In this document: positions 62,331 through 64,000 of the stretch, piece after piece
Position numbering within the stretch: position 1 is the stretch's first letter
Layout: every line of letters starts with the position of its first letter
Assembly (NCBI GenBank): GCA_028534125.1
Contig: CM052818.1
Location: forward strand, 19,098,001 to 19,162,000
Reading direction: 5' to 3'
From: Lama glama
Taxonomy: Eukaryota
Length of the DNA stretch: 64,000 nt
Notes under the pieces: model-generated
The model's database searches: none
What the model saw: the letters and a program-made list of their open reading frames with translations, nothing else
What the model was told of the DNA's origin: nothing
Translations under genes and position numbers: made by a program

Positions 62331-64000
62331 CATGGTTTTATTAAGAAATTATCTGGCTGAGGTAATGCAGTCAGTGGCAAAGCTGGACCTCATGGCAAGG
62401 TCTCTGACCCCAGATCCTTTGCTCATTCCCGTGTGTCTGATGCCACCTCTCAGGTGGCAGGGTAGGCTTGGGGAAGCAGTGTGAGGCCAGGACCAGCCTG
62501 CCTTGGGTATGTTAAGGAACAATGACAGGTAAAACTGCTTTAATAGGTTTAGGTAATGTTGGAGGGCCTTGAAAGCAGGGCAGAAACGCCTAGACTTGAC
62601 ATGGGGAACAATAAGGAGCCATTGCACGTTCTCGAGCAAGAGTGTAATGTGATGATGGGTGTTTGAGATGAGCATTCTGGCTGATTAGTCACTGTGTAGT
62701 TATGCCATTAAATCAGGCAATCTAGTTAGTCTAAATTGTTGGTCTCTAGACTGCCTGGAAACAACCAGATAATTGCAAAGTCCCTTGTTTTGTCTGTTCA
62801 CATTGAACATTTAAATCAGCCCACTACCAGCTGTCCCCTTCACTTTATGGGGAGCTTATGTGTCTCTATAGGTGGCAAATCCTTGAGGAATACATACTTA
62901 GTTTGTAATATTCATCTCTGAACTGCCATGTGCTTCCAGACTCATTCAAAAGGATTGCCAATGTATATTGTTTCTTCATGAGCTCTAAGTGGCTCATGAT
63001 ATATGATAGTTCTAATTTTATTTTATTGCTACTGGTATACACACTTTGAACAAAGAGCAGAATTTGGCATGTTCAACTTGGAAGCTGTGTACAAATCTTT
63101 CTCACAATGATATCTGCCTCACTGGGTTGTGGGGAAGACCCTCATATGATAGGCTGAGGGTCAATAAACGCTTGTTAACTTGTTTATGAGGCAGCCAGAG
63201 GATGCTGAATATTTGTACGCAGAGTGATTTGGGTGGAGGGAGTTAGGGATAGGGGCCAAGGATCCTGTGGCCTTTGGAAAGGAGAAGAGGAGGCGTGAGA
63301 GATGTTTTCAGGAGCCAAATGGCATGATCTAGTGGCCAGCATTCAGCATGACTCAATATGACCCCCACTAATCTTGGGTCTCACTCTCTTCCTCTCCCAT
63401 TTCTTGACATCAAGGTCACACATGAAGATCCAGGCAAAGGGGGTGACCGTGGGCCTGGGGATCTCTACGATGCAGCCAGAGATTTGTGTGCATGTCTAAC
63501 AATGGGAGGAAGGGAGCACAGGATGCTGCAGCCGCACAGTGGGTGCGGAGTGCAGCCAGGCTGAGGCCGGAGGAGAAAGCCCCTCCTCCAAAGCTGGGTT
63601 CAGCAGGTCAGCCCTCCCCTCCCAGCTCAGAGACTGCTGAGGGCAGCCTCCGGTGCCATGCAGTGAGAAAGGCACCAGAGAATGAGGGCCTGAATGCAAC
63701 AGAGGTTGGTGTGTAGCAACGACCTTAATTCACGGCTTCTTTGTCCCTAGAATCACTTTAACCGTCTTCTAAATCCCTGGTTTAAATCTTTTTTAAAAAT
63801 GTTTTTCCATAAAATTGCTTCTTTTATAGCTGTTTATGGCTGAAGGGCACCCTAGCTTCAGACTTGGAGCTGAGTACTCTAATTAATTCTATCCCAGTTC
63901 CTGGCCCTTCCCTCTCCCCTGGGCTGAGCACAGAGGAAAGAGCTGATGCAGACCCTACAGGGAGGGGTCCAATTCTCTGTGTGATGTGATTAAATGAGCC

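Larger units (their letters stand above)
47746..64000 (+). other. KCNK12: KCNK12 intron 1 (partial)
   Basis: Begins with a GTGAG donor. No ORF in the track encodes the expected continuation (GFGMTTP...). The sequence is repeat-rich. Confidence 0.9.

Noticed and set aside
1..64000. Prokaryote-style systems (CRISPR arrays, operons, defence islands) and the many 60-200-aa ORFs in the track
   Set aside because: The sequence is mammalian and has no regularly spaced repeat-spacer array. The short ORFs mostly start at GTG/TTG, overlap repeats and show no recognisable homology.

Overview
Mammalian (eutherian) genomic DNA, very probably a camelid, because it carries three copies of a tRNA-Ala-derived SINE of the vic-1 type. 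The only protein-coding sequence I can support is coding exon 1 of KCNK12 (THIK-2, a two-pore-domain K+ channel) at 47355-47745 (+), inside a CpG island. The rest of the window (47746-64000) is the start of intron 1. The upstream ~45 kb looks intergenic and is dominated by old repeats: L2, MIR, L1M, MaLR/ERVL/ERV1 LTRs, and hAT and Tc2 DNA transposons. I found no evidence of a new multi-gene system. The most notable signals are a near-consensus REST/RE1 site, three ATG-initiated uORFs ahead of the KCNK12 start, and a perfect RFX X-box palindrome in intron 1. There is also a short polyadenylated LTR-derived retrocopy with target-site duplications, and a locally templated duplication next to a hairpin. 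Repeat family names come from recalled consensus sequences, not a database search, and repeat boundaries are approximate.
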